From the IMG/VR virus record IMGVR_UViG_3300030104_003872, positions 11,291 through 75,290 of that record: 64,000 nucleotides of DNA; one strand, 5' to 3'. The notes under the pieces are model-generated. The model was given only the letters and a program-made list of their open reading frames with translations. It searched no databases and was not told where the DNA came from. Source of the stretch: a virus. The translations under genes were made by a program, and so were the position numbers. Positions 50,549 to 60,700 of this stretch are shown piece by piece; within the stretch, counting starts at the first letter, position 1, and each line of letters opens with the position of its first letter.

Positions 50549-51501
50549 ACTTTAGCGAGTTTGTACCATTAACATTTGATAATTACAGAGCCTTTAGGAA
50601 TGGATTGTTCCGTGCCTACCGTCATCCACGATATTATCAATCACCTATGAGGCTTCTTCACCAACCCCATGTATTCAAGTTAGGGTATGTTGATGATGAC
50701 TTGGTCGTTCTAAAAGACAGGCAAATAATGGGAACACAGGTTCTCTATTCTATATTGCCCCCGAATAATTGGGAGGTAATACATAAACTAACAGAAGGAG
50801 GTGTCCCTTGTTTTCTAAGTGACGAAGATGTGTTTAATGCTCCTGATAAGCATGGGGTTGTTCCTGTAAAGGACAACATAGAGTATGTGTATCATCTATC
50901 AGCATTTTCGGATAGATATGGGGTGAATAAGAACCAACTTAGAAGGCCATGTAACAAGGCTGAGTCGCTTTGTGAGTCGGGTGAAATAACTATTGAAGCA
51001 CATTGGGGTAATGTTCCCTATGAAACGCTTAATTCATGCAATGTTTTGACCGCTAAGTGGTTAGCCCAAAGGGATAAGAAAGCATGGAAACCTAACTTCT
51101 TTATTGACTCTTTCAATAAGTATTCTAAACTAGAACACGCTCTTCTTTTGACTGTTATGCAGGGGGATAGATGTTTAGGCTACCACCTATCACATAGGGT
51201 ATGTAATGGTTTAATTTACGATGTGGCCTGTAAGGATTATGAGAACACACCTATTAAGAATATGACTCCTGTCCTTCTTCACTATGCTTCTAAAGCGTGG
51301 GCGGAGAAGTTCCCTTCACAGTTAGAATACACAAGGGTTAATAGAGGAGCGGCAGTTAGGGGTGCGTCTAGCCGGATAGCCAAAGACAAACTAAGACCGC
51401 TATTAAAGAATCAGATATACAAGACAGTTCCCCCTATCAAGATGACTAAAGAATTAAAATCATCATACTTTGAAGTAAAACAGAATGTCGAATGGTTATA
51501 A
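50539..51501 (+). CDS. DUF2156 / MprF-C-like tandem-GNAT transferase with a C-terminal PIP-like motif
   Basis: EYVY...G...LRR..NK and VNRG...G...R.AK.KL.P resemble the DUF2156 dYiY..G..kRn..N and iNre.DlG..gLr.aK..y.P patterns; ends VEWL*. Confidence 0.55.
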   Translation: MALDFSEFVPLTFDNYRAFRNGLFRAYRHPRYYQSPMRLLHQPHVFKLGYVDDDLVVLKDRQIMGTQVLYSILPPNNWEVIHKLTEGGVPCFLSDEDVFNAPDKHGVVPVKDNIEYVYHLSAFSDRYGVNKNQLRRPCNKAESLCESGEITIEAHWGNVPYETLNSCNVLTAKWLAQRDKKAWKPNFFIDSFNKYSKLEHALLLTVMQGDRCLGYHLSHRVCNGLIYDVACKDYENTPIKNMTPVLLHYASKAWAEKFPSQLEYTRVNRGAAVRGASSRIAKDKLRPLLKNQIYKTVPPIKMTKELKSSYFEVKQNVEWL

Positions 51502-51569
51502 TACGAAGCCTTATAAGTAACCGCCTCTTCGGATATAGTAGAAAGCCCATAGGCAGAAGGCCATAACAA

Positions 51570-51854
51570 ATGAAGTACAGTTTAGTAATAGAAGATGAAG
51601 ATAGCACAAGAACAATTCCGATTGACCCTAATGAACGATTAGTAGTTGATAATGTATGGTACTCACTTGAACTAGGTCAAGCAAAAACAGATAGACCATA
51701 TAGAAGTGAAGAATGGCTAACTGCCGTATATCATGGTGAAGGTAAGACTCTTAAAGAAATAGGAGATATGTGTGGCGTAAGTCCGATGACCATAAATCAA
51801 TGGTTAGTAAAGCACGGAATCACTAGCAGACCTCGTGGGAGGAGAAGAGAGTGA
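51570..51854 (+). CDS. HTH DNA-binding protein
   Basis: EEWL...Y..EGKTLKEIGDMCGVSPMTINQWL.KHGI. Confidence 0.8.
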   Translation: MKYSLVIEDEDSTRTIPIDPNERLVVDNVWYSLELGQAKTDRPYRSEEWLTAVYHGEGKTLKEIGDMCGVSPMTINQWLVKHGITSRPRGRRRE

Positions 51855-52354
51855 ATGTTACTTTCTATCTTTGCGGACCGATACTTAGTGAAAATGAAAG
51901 ATGGCGTTCATTAGAGTGGCGTGAAATCGCTTTTGATATTCTCGATTCTAATGGCTTCAATGTTTTCAATCCTATGGTAAGTGAGGACTATGGGAATGTT
52001 CATTATGATGAGCAATTTAAGGAATTGATTGTTCCACGAGATAAACTAATGATAGACCGTTCAGATGTTATAATAGTGAATTGGATTCCTAAAGAAATGA
52101 GTATAGGGACTTGCATGGAAGTCATGTATGCTCATCAGCAGGGGAAGAAGGTAATATGGTTCGCAGAAGACCAATCACTTGCTCTTGAACTCGAAGAAAA
52201 CCCTTGGGTCATAGCACACAACGATTGGGAGTTTGTTAGACCGTTTAGTTCCGATAACATAAGGGATATAGCAGAATGGTTTGGTTGCTTCAAAAAGACT
52301 AAGAGAATGGTCAAGTTTTTGAACAGTAACGAAAGGCCAAATGACTTTTGCTAA
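51851..52354 (+). CDS. nucleoside 2-deoxyribosyltransferase / dNMP N-glycosidase (Rcl/MilB-like)
   Basis: YLCGPI, D..MIDRSDVII, SIGTCMEVMYA...GKKV. Confidence 0.85.
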   Translation: MNVTFYLCGPILSENERWRSLEWREIAFDILDSNGFNVFNPMVSEDYGNVHYDEQFKELIVPRDKLMIDRSDVIIVNWIPKEMSIGTCMEVMYAHQQGKKVIWFAEDQSLALELEENPWVIAHNDWEFVRPFSSDNIRDIAEWFGCFKKTKRMVKFLNSNERPNDFC

Positions 52355-52385
52355 GTGTTATAAGTAAATACGCATCCGCAAGTAT

Positions 52386-54587
52386 ATGATAGTGGATGGC
52401 TTAGGTGGAAGAAGGGTTGCAGTCAGGTATCGTGACCCAGTTACACTTGACCGGAAGCAAGATATTATTAATGATATTTACCCATACGCATTTATTAGTG
52501 ATGTTGATGCTGACCTTATTCCGGCAGTAAAGAAAGAAAGTGGATTCACTGGTCTGTATGGTGAAAATATTACCAAGATTACACTTGCTGACCCTTACGA
52601 AACTTCACAACTAAAGAATACATTTTCTCAGACATGGGAATGTAATATCCCCTTCACTAACAGAGTACTTATTGACAATGGTAAGCATTATGATTTCTAT
52701 AAGCATCGTGTGTGGTACGTTGACCTTGAATGGAATGAAAGGGAAGAAGTAACAGTTGCGACTGTCTATGATAATTACATGGGGAAGTATCTAACGTGGT
52801 TTGTATCACCGCCCGGTCAAACTCACCCACCATTGGTAAATAAATTAGGAGATAAAACATTCAATCCCCCACTAAAAGCATTCAAGACCGAAAAGGAATT
52901 ACTCGATGACTTCTTCCATGTGATGATGAAGAAGGACCCCGATGTATTGACAGGTTGGTTCTTCATGGGTGCTGATATGCGAGTCCTGTTTGATGCTTGT
53001 AAGAGACATGGTTGGAATGCAGGTAAGCGTATGAGCCCGCATGGTTCTGTTCGTTATCAGTTTGACGACTATTCACAATGTATCAAGGGCAGAATTACTA
53101 TTGACCTTATGACTGTATTTTGCAGACTATGGCGTGTAAAGAACGGACAACTACCAGGTCAAAGCCTAAAAGATGTATCGCAGTTTGTTCTTGATAATGA
53201 AGAAAAGATGGACCTAGCAGACGGGCATGATACATACTATACCGACTTAGGGACATATATTGACTATAACATACAAGACGTTGCTTTGCTACCTAAATTG
53301 GATAAGATGCTTAACTGTATCGACCACTTCCTTAACCTTCAACATATTGTTCAATGTGATTTCATTACCACTCCTTGGGTCACAAGATTAGCAACCATTC
53401 TTCTTCTAAGGGATGAGAAGTTTGATAGAAGGATTCCAAGTAAGCCACAGTTTGCTTATGAGGATTATCAAGGGGCAGATATACAGGAAGCGGTAGCAGG
53501 TTTGTATGAAAGAGTTGCTATCATGGATATAAGAGCAATGTATCATAGTAACATTCTGAAATACAATATCTCATGGGAAACTATACTTGATGAAAAGAAT
53601 GGAGTGTTTGATACTGACGCACCAACAGGGGCATTAGGCCGTGCTATGGACCTACTTACAAATCTAAGGAATGAGTACAAGGCTAATATGAAGGCTTCGA
53701 CAACCAAAGAAGAAAAGACTAAATGGGATTCGGCTCAATACGCCACGAAGTCGCTAGTGGCTTCCCTGTATGGAGTCTGTGGTGATAGCCGATTCGGTAT
53801 GTATCACCCTGCGGTAGCGGCGGCTATTACTCGCACATCAAGAAATACGCTTGGTGAATTACGAGACAAGTGTATAGAATGGGGTTGTGATGTTATCTAT
53901 GGTCATACTGATTCTGTTTTCGTTACCGTTGAATCCCCCGAAGCAGGTATGGAGATGGTTGATTGGATTAATAAAGAAATGGCTCCAATAGAAACTGAGT
54001 TTGAAAAGTATTGTGAGCGTATGTTGCTTAAGGCTAAGAATAGGTACGCAGGTAAGGTCACATGGACTGATGGTGAATATCACGAACCCGACTATTATGT
54101 CAAGGGGATAGAATCTAAACAGGCTAGAATGCCTCAGGTAATGAAGGATGCTATGAATACTACAATAAACTCTATGCTTGATGGTAAATCTGAACAATGG
54201 GTCAATGATAAAGTGTGCAGTATTATTCACGATATGGTAGATGGTAATATCCCACTTGACGAGTTGAAGCAGAAAGGAAAACTAAAGAAGGACCTAAAAG
54301 ATTATAGAACAATAGGAGGTTCGGCCGCAGGAGCATTGTGGGCTAATACAAACTTGGGGAAGGAATATAGAAAGGGAAGTTATTTCTGGGTCTTACTTGA
54401 TTCAAGCGGAAGGTTTATAGCGTTTGACTCAGTGGAAGAACTACCAAGTAACATTGCGATAGGCTATGAGGTGATGATTCAACGATACATAATAGAAAAG
54501 GTCAAACCTTTTTATGAAATAGCATCGTGGGAAATGAGCCAATTACATGACGCAAAGAAAGGAAGAAAAGCAGTAGAGTGGTTATAA
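52386..54587 (+). CDS. polB: family B DNA polymerase
   Basis: Exonuclease VDLE and YNIQD; polymerase DIRAMYHS, KSLVASLYG, YGHTDS, KNRY and VKGIE; ends VEWL*. Confidence 0.95.
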   Translation: MIVDGLGGRRVAVRYRDPVTLDRKQDIINDIYPYAFISDVDADLIPAVKKESGFTGLYGENITKITLADPYETSQLKNTFSQTWECNIPFTNRVLIDNGKHYDFYKHRVWYVDLEWNEREEVTVATVYDNYMGKYLTWFVSPPGQTHPPLVNKLGDKTFNPPLKAFKTEKELLDDFFHVMMKKDPDVLTGWFFMGADMRVLFDACKRHGWNAGKRMSPHGSVRYQFDDYSQCIKGRITIDLMTVFCRLWRVKNGQLPGQSLKDVSQFVLDNEEKMDLADGHDTYYTDLGTYIDYNIQDVALLPKLDKMLNCIDHFLNLQHIVQCDFITTPWVTRLATILLLRDEKFDRRIPSKPQFAYEDYQGADIQEAVAGLYERVAIMDIRAMYHSNILKYNISWETILDEKNGVFDTDAPTGALGRAMDLLTNLRNEYKANMKASTTKEEKTKWDSAQYATKSLVASLYGVCGDSRFGMYHPAVAAAITRTSRNTLGELRDKCIEWGCDVIYGHTDSVFVTVESPEAGMEMVDWINKEMAPIETEFEKYCERMLLKAKNRYAGKVTWTDGEYHEPDYYVKGIESKQARMPQVMKDAMNTTINSMLDGKSEQWVNDKVCSIIHDMVDGNIPLDELKQKGKLKKDLKDYRTIGGSAAGALWANTNLGKEYRKGSYFWVLLDSSGRFIAFDSVEELPSNIAIGYEVMIQRYIIEKVKPFYEIASWEMSQLHDAKKGRKAVEWL

Positions 54588-54958
54588 TGAAAGGGCAAAG
54601 AACACAAAGAAAACAGACCGTAAAGCAAATAATGAAACAAGACCTAATTGCTATGCAAGAAAAAGTCGATTTGATAGAATCTAAACACAATCAATTGGTG
54701 AGCGTATTTATTGATTTCAGCAGACACGCTGAGAACATGACAACACTTCTTCATCTGCATCTATTAGATGCTGGTCTAGCAAGTAAAGAACAATGTTCGG
54801 GTTGTGGAATGGCCGTAATATACCCTCATAAGTTTGAGGAAATACAGGCTATGCCGGTCTGTCCTAACAGAATAGATAAGGATGGTAAAGAGGTTAAAGA
54901 ATGTTTGGATGGGTTTAATCATATTGATAATCCTTTTGCTTCCTCAGAAGAAGAATAG
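54578..54958 (+). CDS. coiled-coil plus Zn-ribbon protein
   Basis: CSGC...CP...C; overlaps the polB stop. Confidence 0.55.
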   Translation: MVIMKGQRTQRKQTVKQIMKQDLIAMQEKVDLIESKHNQLVSVFIDFSRHAENMTTLLHLHLLDAGLASKEQCSGCGMAVIYPHKFEEIQAMPVCPNRIDKDGKEVKECLDGFNHIDNPFASSEEE

Positions 54959-54992
54959 TAATGCTTATAAGTAATGGCTTACCTGCATTATC

Positions 54993-55862
54993 ATGGAATA
55001 CAAGTCGTCTTACAATCCTTACGAGGCGATTGGTGATGTTAAACTCAGAGTAAGCAAGTCATCCTTTATGTCTGCTCGTCAATGTCTTAGAAGGTATTGG
55101 TGGAATAAGATAGCCCTACCGGATGTTCGTATGCCGGAAACTGAGTTTATGATTAAGGGAACAATAGTCCATAAGGGTGTCGAAGATTTGTATAACCTAG
55201 AATCAATAGAAACAGATATACGAGCCTTGTTACCCGTAGCAACAGAGTATGACGACACCTTTGACGAAATCGCAGTTATGGAGACACAACGTCTTGAAGC
55301 ATGGGGTTACGAGTTCTTCCTTCCCATTGAGGCAGAAATGAAAAAGTCAGTATATGACCCCGAACATGATGTTGTTATGGTTGGTATGTGGGATGGTCTT
55401 ATGAAACACCCCGATGGTGGTCTTTGTATTATGGAATTGAAAACAGGCGACCTAAGTACAGGTAAATTAAGCAGGGTACGCAGGGAATTATGCTTCTATA
55501 CTCGAATGCTTAGACTACTAGGCTATGAAGAAAAATATGGTCCTGTAACACACATGATGTTAATTTCCTCTGACTGTGTAAATCCTAAGACCGCAACCAC
55601 ATTAATGTCTAGTAAGAGGAAAGAAGTTTTCTTAGGTGATGAAAAGGGAATTACTGTAATAGAGAAACTAGGTAAGAGAAGTCATACTGCATTTGAGAAA
55701 GACTATGCAGAAACAGTAAAAAAACTAAAGGCCTCAACATGGGAGCCAAACTGGAGTGAATATTTCTGTGCTAACTATTGTGATTTCTATATGTCATGCG
55801 ACGATGAAATACATGGTGGTGGAGATAACCCAACGCTTTCTAAGGAGTTCGGAATAGTATGA
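54993..55862 (+). CDS. Cas4/AddB-like PD-(D/E)XK exonuclease
   Basis: QC.RRY, GT.VH, G.WD...ELKTG, EL.FY and C-terminal C..YC....C (4-Cys Fe-S pattern). Confidence 0.85.
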   Translation: MEYKSSYNPYEAIGDVKLRVSKSSFMSARQCLRRYWWNKIALPDVRMPETEFMIKGTIVHKGVEDLYNLESIETDIRALLPVATEYDDTFDEIAVMETQRLEAWGYEFFLPIEAEMKKSVYDPEHDVVMVGMWDGLMKHPDGGLCIMELKTGDLSTGKLSRVRRELCFYTRMLRLLGYEEKYGPVTHMMLISSDCVNPKTATTLMSSKRKEVFLGDEKGITVIEKLGKRSHTAFEKDYAETVKKLKASTWEPNWSEYFCANYCDFYMSCDDEIHGGGDNPTLSKEFGIV

Positions 55863-56053
55863 AGCGACCAAATCTAACAACAATAGAAATATGCGAAGAA
55901 TGCGGTACTATGCAGATGTGGAATATATCACAAACATTTTCGGTAGCAATGCAAGAAGGAAAACCTTTATCCCCTTCTTACGTTAGGACTTGTCAAGGGT
56001 GCGGTGCGGTTGAAGGTTATGATGACGGAGAAACTTCTAACCTTTCCACGTGA
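55859..56053 (+). CDS. small Zn-ribbon protein
   Basis: CEECG...CQGCG. Confidence 0.55.
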   Translation: MKRPNLTTIEICEECGTMQMWNISQTFSVAMQEGKPLSPSYVRTCQGCGAVEGYDDGETSNLST

Positions 56054-57038
56054 GATTGGTTTGAAAAGACAGGTATGTGAATCGAGATACCAATTCAAAA
56101 ACTATATTGATAAACTAAATGGAAAGGCTGATATATACACGAGCCTATATGGGTTCAAGGATATTAATGATAAAGATAATACCGCTATCATGGATAGAGC
56201 ATGGTGGGATTTCGATTCTAATGAACGATACACAATAGAGCAAGTTAAGGAAGATGTTGCTAAATTGCTTGAAAGACTAGAAGGTGATGTAAGACTTGTC
56301 GCAACAGGAAGAGGATTTCATGTTCATCAGTTATTTATTCGTGCTTTAGATTCAAGAAGATGGAGACATACCATTGACCGTTATCAAAGAAAGATGGCGG
56401 AAGGGCTCCTAACACTAGATGGTGTGGGTTATCCCCGAAAACTATGCAGAATACCTCATACCTACAACGCTAAAAGAAAGCGTTTTGCGGTAATGGTGGA
56501 TGCAAATACTTTCAAGACGACTCCACAGACGACTCCTATACCAAATAGGCCGAAAGAATCACCTGTTGCACACCTTCACCCTTATTGGGGGGATGAAAGG
56601 AATGATACTGGGTTTGACCTAGAATTATGGGCTATGGAAAACCCTGTTGATTTAATGGGAGATTGGAATGTTCAGCAAGTAACCGTAATTGAAGGAACAC
56701 AAGAGGCTATTCCTATGATACCATGCCTTCAAAATGAAATCACAGTATCTAATCCCCCACACCACATAAGGGTAGCATTAGCACAACATTTATTTGAGCA
56801 TCTTCGTAACTTCGCAGAACCAACTGCCCTGACCGCTGAACAGAAAGAAAAAATGATTGATGTTTCAGTTGCATTCATACAGAATCTTGAGTGGCAAGAC
56901 TACAATGAACAGGTCACAAGGAAAGCACTAAATACTCTTGTATCTTATGGAAGGTCTACTTCGTGTGCGTGGTTCTGCAAGCGTGGCCTTTGTCCGGCTC
57001 CGTGTTGGAGAGATGATGGAACTAGGCGTGAGTATTGA
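56019..57038 (+). CDS. archaeo-eukaryotic primase, PriS-PriL fusion
   Basis: WDFD, TGRGFH, R.CRIP.TYN; C-terminal PCL...HH.R...SC...GLC...C. Confidence 0.85.
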   Translation: MMTEKLLTFPREIGLKRQVCESRYQFKNYIDKLNGKADIYTSLYGFKDINDKDNTAIMDRAWWDFDSNERYTIEQVKEDVAKLLERLEGDVRLVATGRGFHVHQLFIRALDSRRWRHTIDRYQRKMAEGLLTLDGVGYPRKLCRIPHTYNAKRKRFAVMVDANTFKTTPQTTPIPNRPKESPVAHLHPYWGDERNDTGFDLELWAMENPVDLMGDWNVQQVTVIEGTQEAIPMIPCLQNEITVSNPPHHIRVALAQHLFEHLRNFAEPTALTAEQKEKMIDVSVAFIQNLEWQDYNEQVTRKALNTLVSYGRSTSCAWFCKRGLCPAPCWRDDGTRREY

Positions 57039-57226
57039 AAAAGTTTTTATAAGTCGTGTTCTCCTATATAGTATTGTGCATATAGAACCTTGTGTTCGGT
57101 GTGGGTCAATCCTAATTATGCCTTTACATGGTGCTAGGAAGTGCTTTTCGTGCTTCATTAGCGTAGACTCATGTTCGGAAGGACACCCAAACTGAAAGTA
57201 AATCTTATAAGTGATAGGCCAGTCGT

Positions 57227-57748
57227 ATGGTCATGTCCGAACTTCCCCGTGAATATCTCATAGTGGATGATAGAGAAAATGATAAGATAATTCATAAGTT
57301 AATAATGAGTCTTGGTGATGCTAAAACAGACCCAGATGGTAAGGTATTTGTAACTCGTCTTAAGACAGGGGATTATATCATAGATGATTGGATTATAGAG
57401 GCCAAAGAAATAAAAGATTTGTCAGCGTCAATAATAGGACAGGGACGTTCAAGAACAATAGCGGCTCAATTAAGGGATATGAATACTTTTGCTTTACTAG
57501 AAGGAAAGATACCTTATCTCGTTGTGTATGGAGAAACAAAAGACCTTAAACCATTTTTCGCCAAAGGAACAAAGGGTGGTAAGCAAAATGCGGTCATCCA
57601 AAAGGCTAGAATGAAAAGTAGGATAGCAAGTTTCAAAAAGAGCTTTCTTTTCAGATTTCCCGCTACCAGATATTTTGAATTAGAAACATTACAGGATTAT
57701 GTCGATTGGTTAATAGAAGCATACAAACAAAAGATTGTGCTCAAGTAA
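57227..57748 (+). CDS. ERCC4/XPF-Mus81-type nuclease
   Basis: IVDDRE, LKTGDY, IEAK...DL..SI...R...QL..M. Confidence 0.85.
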   Translation: MVMSELPREYLIVDDRENDKIIHKLIMSLGDAKTDPDGKVFVTRLKTGDYIIDDWIIEAKEIKDLSASIIGQGRSRTIAAQLRDMNTFALLEGKIPYLVVYGETKDLKPFFAKGTKGGKQNAVIQKARMKSRIASFKKSFLFRFPATRYFELETLQDYVDWLIEAYKQKIVLK

Positions 57749-60700
57749 GTGAATCTTCTTCGTCTTTCTTTATCGCATTGCTACCGGACTTACCCCTTGA
57801 ATCATAACTTACATTACCGCTCGAATCAAAAGTTGCGTCAGAAGTCTTAGATTTCCAAGCATTATCTGTTCCGCTCATCCATCCTTTAGTTCTATCTTTA
57901 GACTCTAATTTTCTTGTTGTTGAAGTTTTTCCTAATTCTTTGTTTTGTGCTTGTTCGTTAAAAGAAACCTCTATACCCTTTATAGTAAGTGAAGAGTATG
58001 GTGCATTATCTGAACCATCAGCACTAGCCATTAACCCACCTCCGGGGACCCTTCCAATAGTTATTTTGATTCTGTTACCTAGAACACTAGAACCTTTTAC
58101 TTTTCTTATAGAAAACAAAGTTACTCTTTGTGCAGTATCGCTATAAGTTATATTTATTACCTTTGATTGTTTATGACCGCTTTCTATACATTCTAATGTT
58201 GCGAATAAAGTATAAGTGGTATTTCCACCTGTCAATGGAGCCTTAATATTCGCAGTAACTTTTATCCTTTCATTAACAACAGAAGGGGGAACAGTAATTG
58301 TAACTGAACCTTCGTGGTAATCTGATTGTACGGGAGCACCACTTTCTAATAGTGCTGAAACTCCAGGTAGGATAAACCCATCAGCACCTATTATCGCACT
58401 TCCACTACTAGTTGTCTTACTTTGACCTATTGCTTCCTTAGAAGTAGTTTTGATATTATTCTTAACAGAACCTCTATTTCTAGTGATTCCCAATAATCCG
58501 CCTTCTTCATTTTCACTTGAAAGGTCTGCTTTACCTTTCATGGTATTCATAGCACCACCACTCATTTTTGACAGGCTTACTTTTCCTCCAGTCATTCTTC
58601 CACCTAACGATTCTTGTGCGGGTGCTCCTGAAATATTACTTAGTCTGTTTTGCTTACTTGTTTTTTCGGTTACACTATGACCAGTACCTATACCACCTTT
58701 ACTTGGTGGCTTTAATCCACCCCAACCCGGAGCCCAACCTATATCATCTCCCGGTAGGTATGGTATATCACCTATTCCGCCTCCCGGTAGACCGCCACCG
58801 CCGTTATTAGGTGGATTACCAGTTGCAGGGGGTGTGTCTGAACCACCACCGCCACCACCTAATCCTCTAGGTAATCTAAATTGTGATTCGTCTTTCATTA
58901 AAGTCAATGAAACTTTATCACTATCTCTTTCTTTCAGAGTCCAACCAATCTCAACTAGTGTTAAGTCTTGATTTATGTTCAAATGGCTATCATTGTAACT
59001 AACAACAGTTCCGGGTCGCCAAACCATGTCATCAACAATTTCAACAGTAGGGGCGTAGTACAACGCTCTTGGTCTTAATTGCCATACAGGTCCTTGTCTG
59101 CCTCTTGCATCTTCTGAACCTGCTGGTCGATGGTAAAGGGATAGTCCTAGTGGGAATGCTGATGCTTCATTAACTGACGAGCCCGTTGTCAAATCAAGAA
59201 CCGATACATCAGTTGAAGGAATGGTTGTTACTCTATTTCCTTTATTTGACTTAGATGTATTGGTATTGTTACTTCTATACTTCAATAGGTCAACGCAGTA
59301 TTCTTTGTTAAAAGATACTATCATTTTTGCCCCGCTTGTTGCTCCGTATGATGTTGGGAATGGTACTTCGTGGAATCCATTCTTAGTTATGTCAAGATAT
59401 GAAATCTTAGAGGAAGTTAGGGGATTGTTACCTGTATATCCTTGCCTTCTTTGTGAATCAAAGTGAGAATCTACTAACCAAAGTCTGAAAACTGCATCAT
59501 TCGCAGTATTGGATTTATGAGTAATGAACATTCTTAATTTCTGTCCCGACCCAGAACTTACTTTCGGTGTATTTCTTGGGATATGTACTATCTGAACTGC
59601 CTTCTCTATACAATGAATACCGTATGGTGTGTATTGTCCGTACCATTGGGTTGCGTGTGTATCATATGTATTACAACCACCACCCCCATGATACCCATTC
59701 CCTGCTTGAATATATTCCATTCCTCTTTGTGCTCCTATTAGGTTAGCATTAGTAGCCATTAAGTTTCCATCCATAGCATTTTGCCTACCACCAATGATTT
59801 GTCCTGTCATGTTTCCGTGTGGGTCAAAAGCACCCCAATTCGCGGCTGACCCTAAATCTGATAAGCATTGTATCAATGGTGTAGAGATATACCCATAAAG
59901 ACCGCCGTCAAACATAGGGCTTCTGCTATCAGTACCCCCTATTAATTCTGCCTTTACTTGCACATTCTTATCTTTTGTACTTTCTAATTCTTTCAACGCT
60001 AATGCTTCTGCCGAGGCACTTGTTCTAGTGTTAGGGGAATTGACAATTCTAAACTTAATTTGTGAACCGTCTAGGATTGGTGTAGGGTAATCAACAAATG
60101 ATTCACCCGAATTATAGAATACTCTAACGTGTGTAAATTGTGCTCTTGCTTGTGTTTTAGTTTCTGATTCTCTTAGCAAGTTTCTATCTAATGCTTCGCC
60201 CGAATCATAAGATGGTCTAAACTCGAACTTACCGTTTCTTCCAACCATGTAATTAAAAGCATTATAGTTTCCATTTACTCCTTGACCAGACGCCTGTTGT
60301 ATTGACATAAGTGCCTTAAATGTTGTCGATGCTCTAACATCAACAACAGAACCGAAGGAATCAGTAGGCATATCATAAGTTATTGGTACGTTTTGAATAT
60401 CATAACTAGTGCATATATCACTACCTGCTAACCAAGATTTTACTCCGTGTGTTTGGAACAACAATCTAATTTTATCATGCTCATAAAATGAACCACATTC
60501 GGGTGATTTAACATAACCTTCCATTGATAACATAGCAGATAGGCTCATAAGTGATGACCAAGTACCGTGAATAGCGTGCTCTTTATTTGATGGGCTTTCT
60601 GATATATTGTTATTAAGAGTTGTTAAAGCCATAGATTCACCCATTGGGTCTTGAACACTTACGTTGCTATAATCCACTTTATTAGTCCCTAGATTTATAT

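Noticed and set aside
54993-55862. Cas4 as evidence of a CRISPR-Cas system
   Set aside because: Stand-alone Cas4-like nucleases are common in archaeal virus replication modules; no cas1/cas2 or array is present
59050-59065. 15-bp match (GGGCGTAGTACAACG) to the putative origin repeat at 39724
   Set aside because: It lies inside a coding region, and a few 15-bp matches are expected by chance in 64 kb
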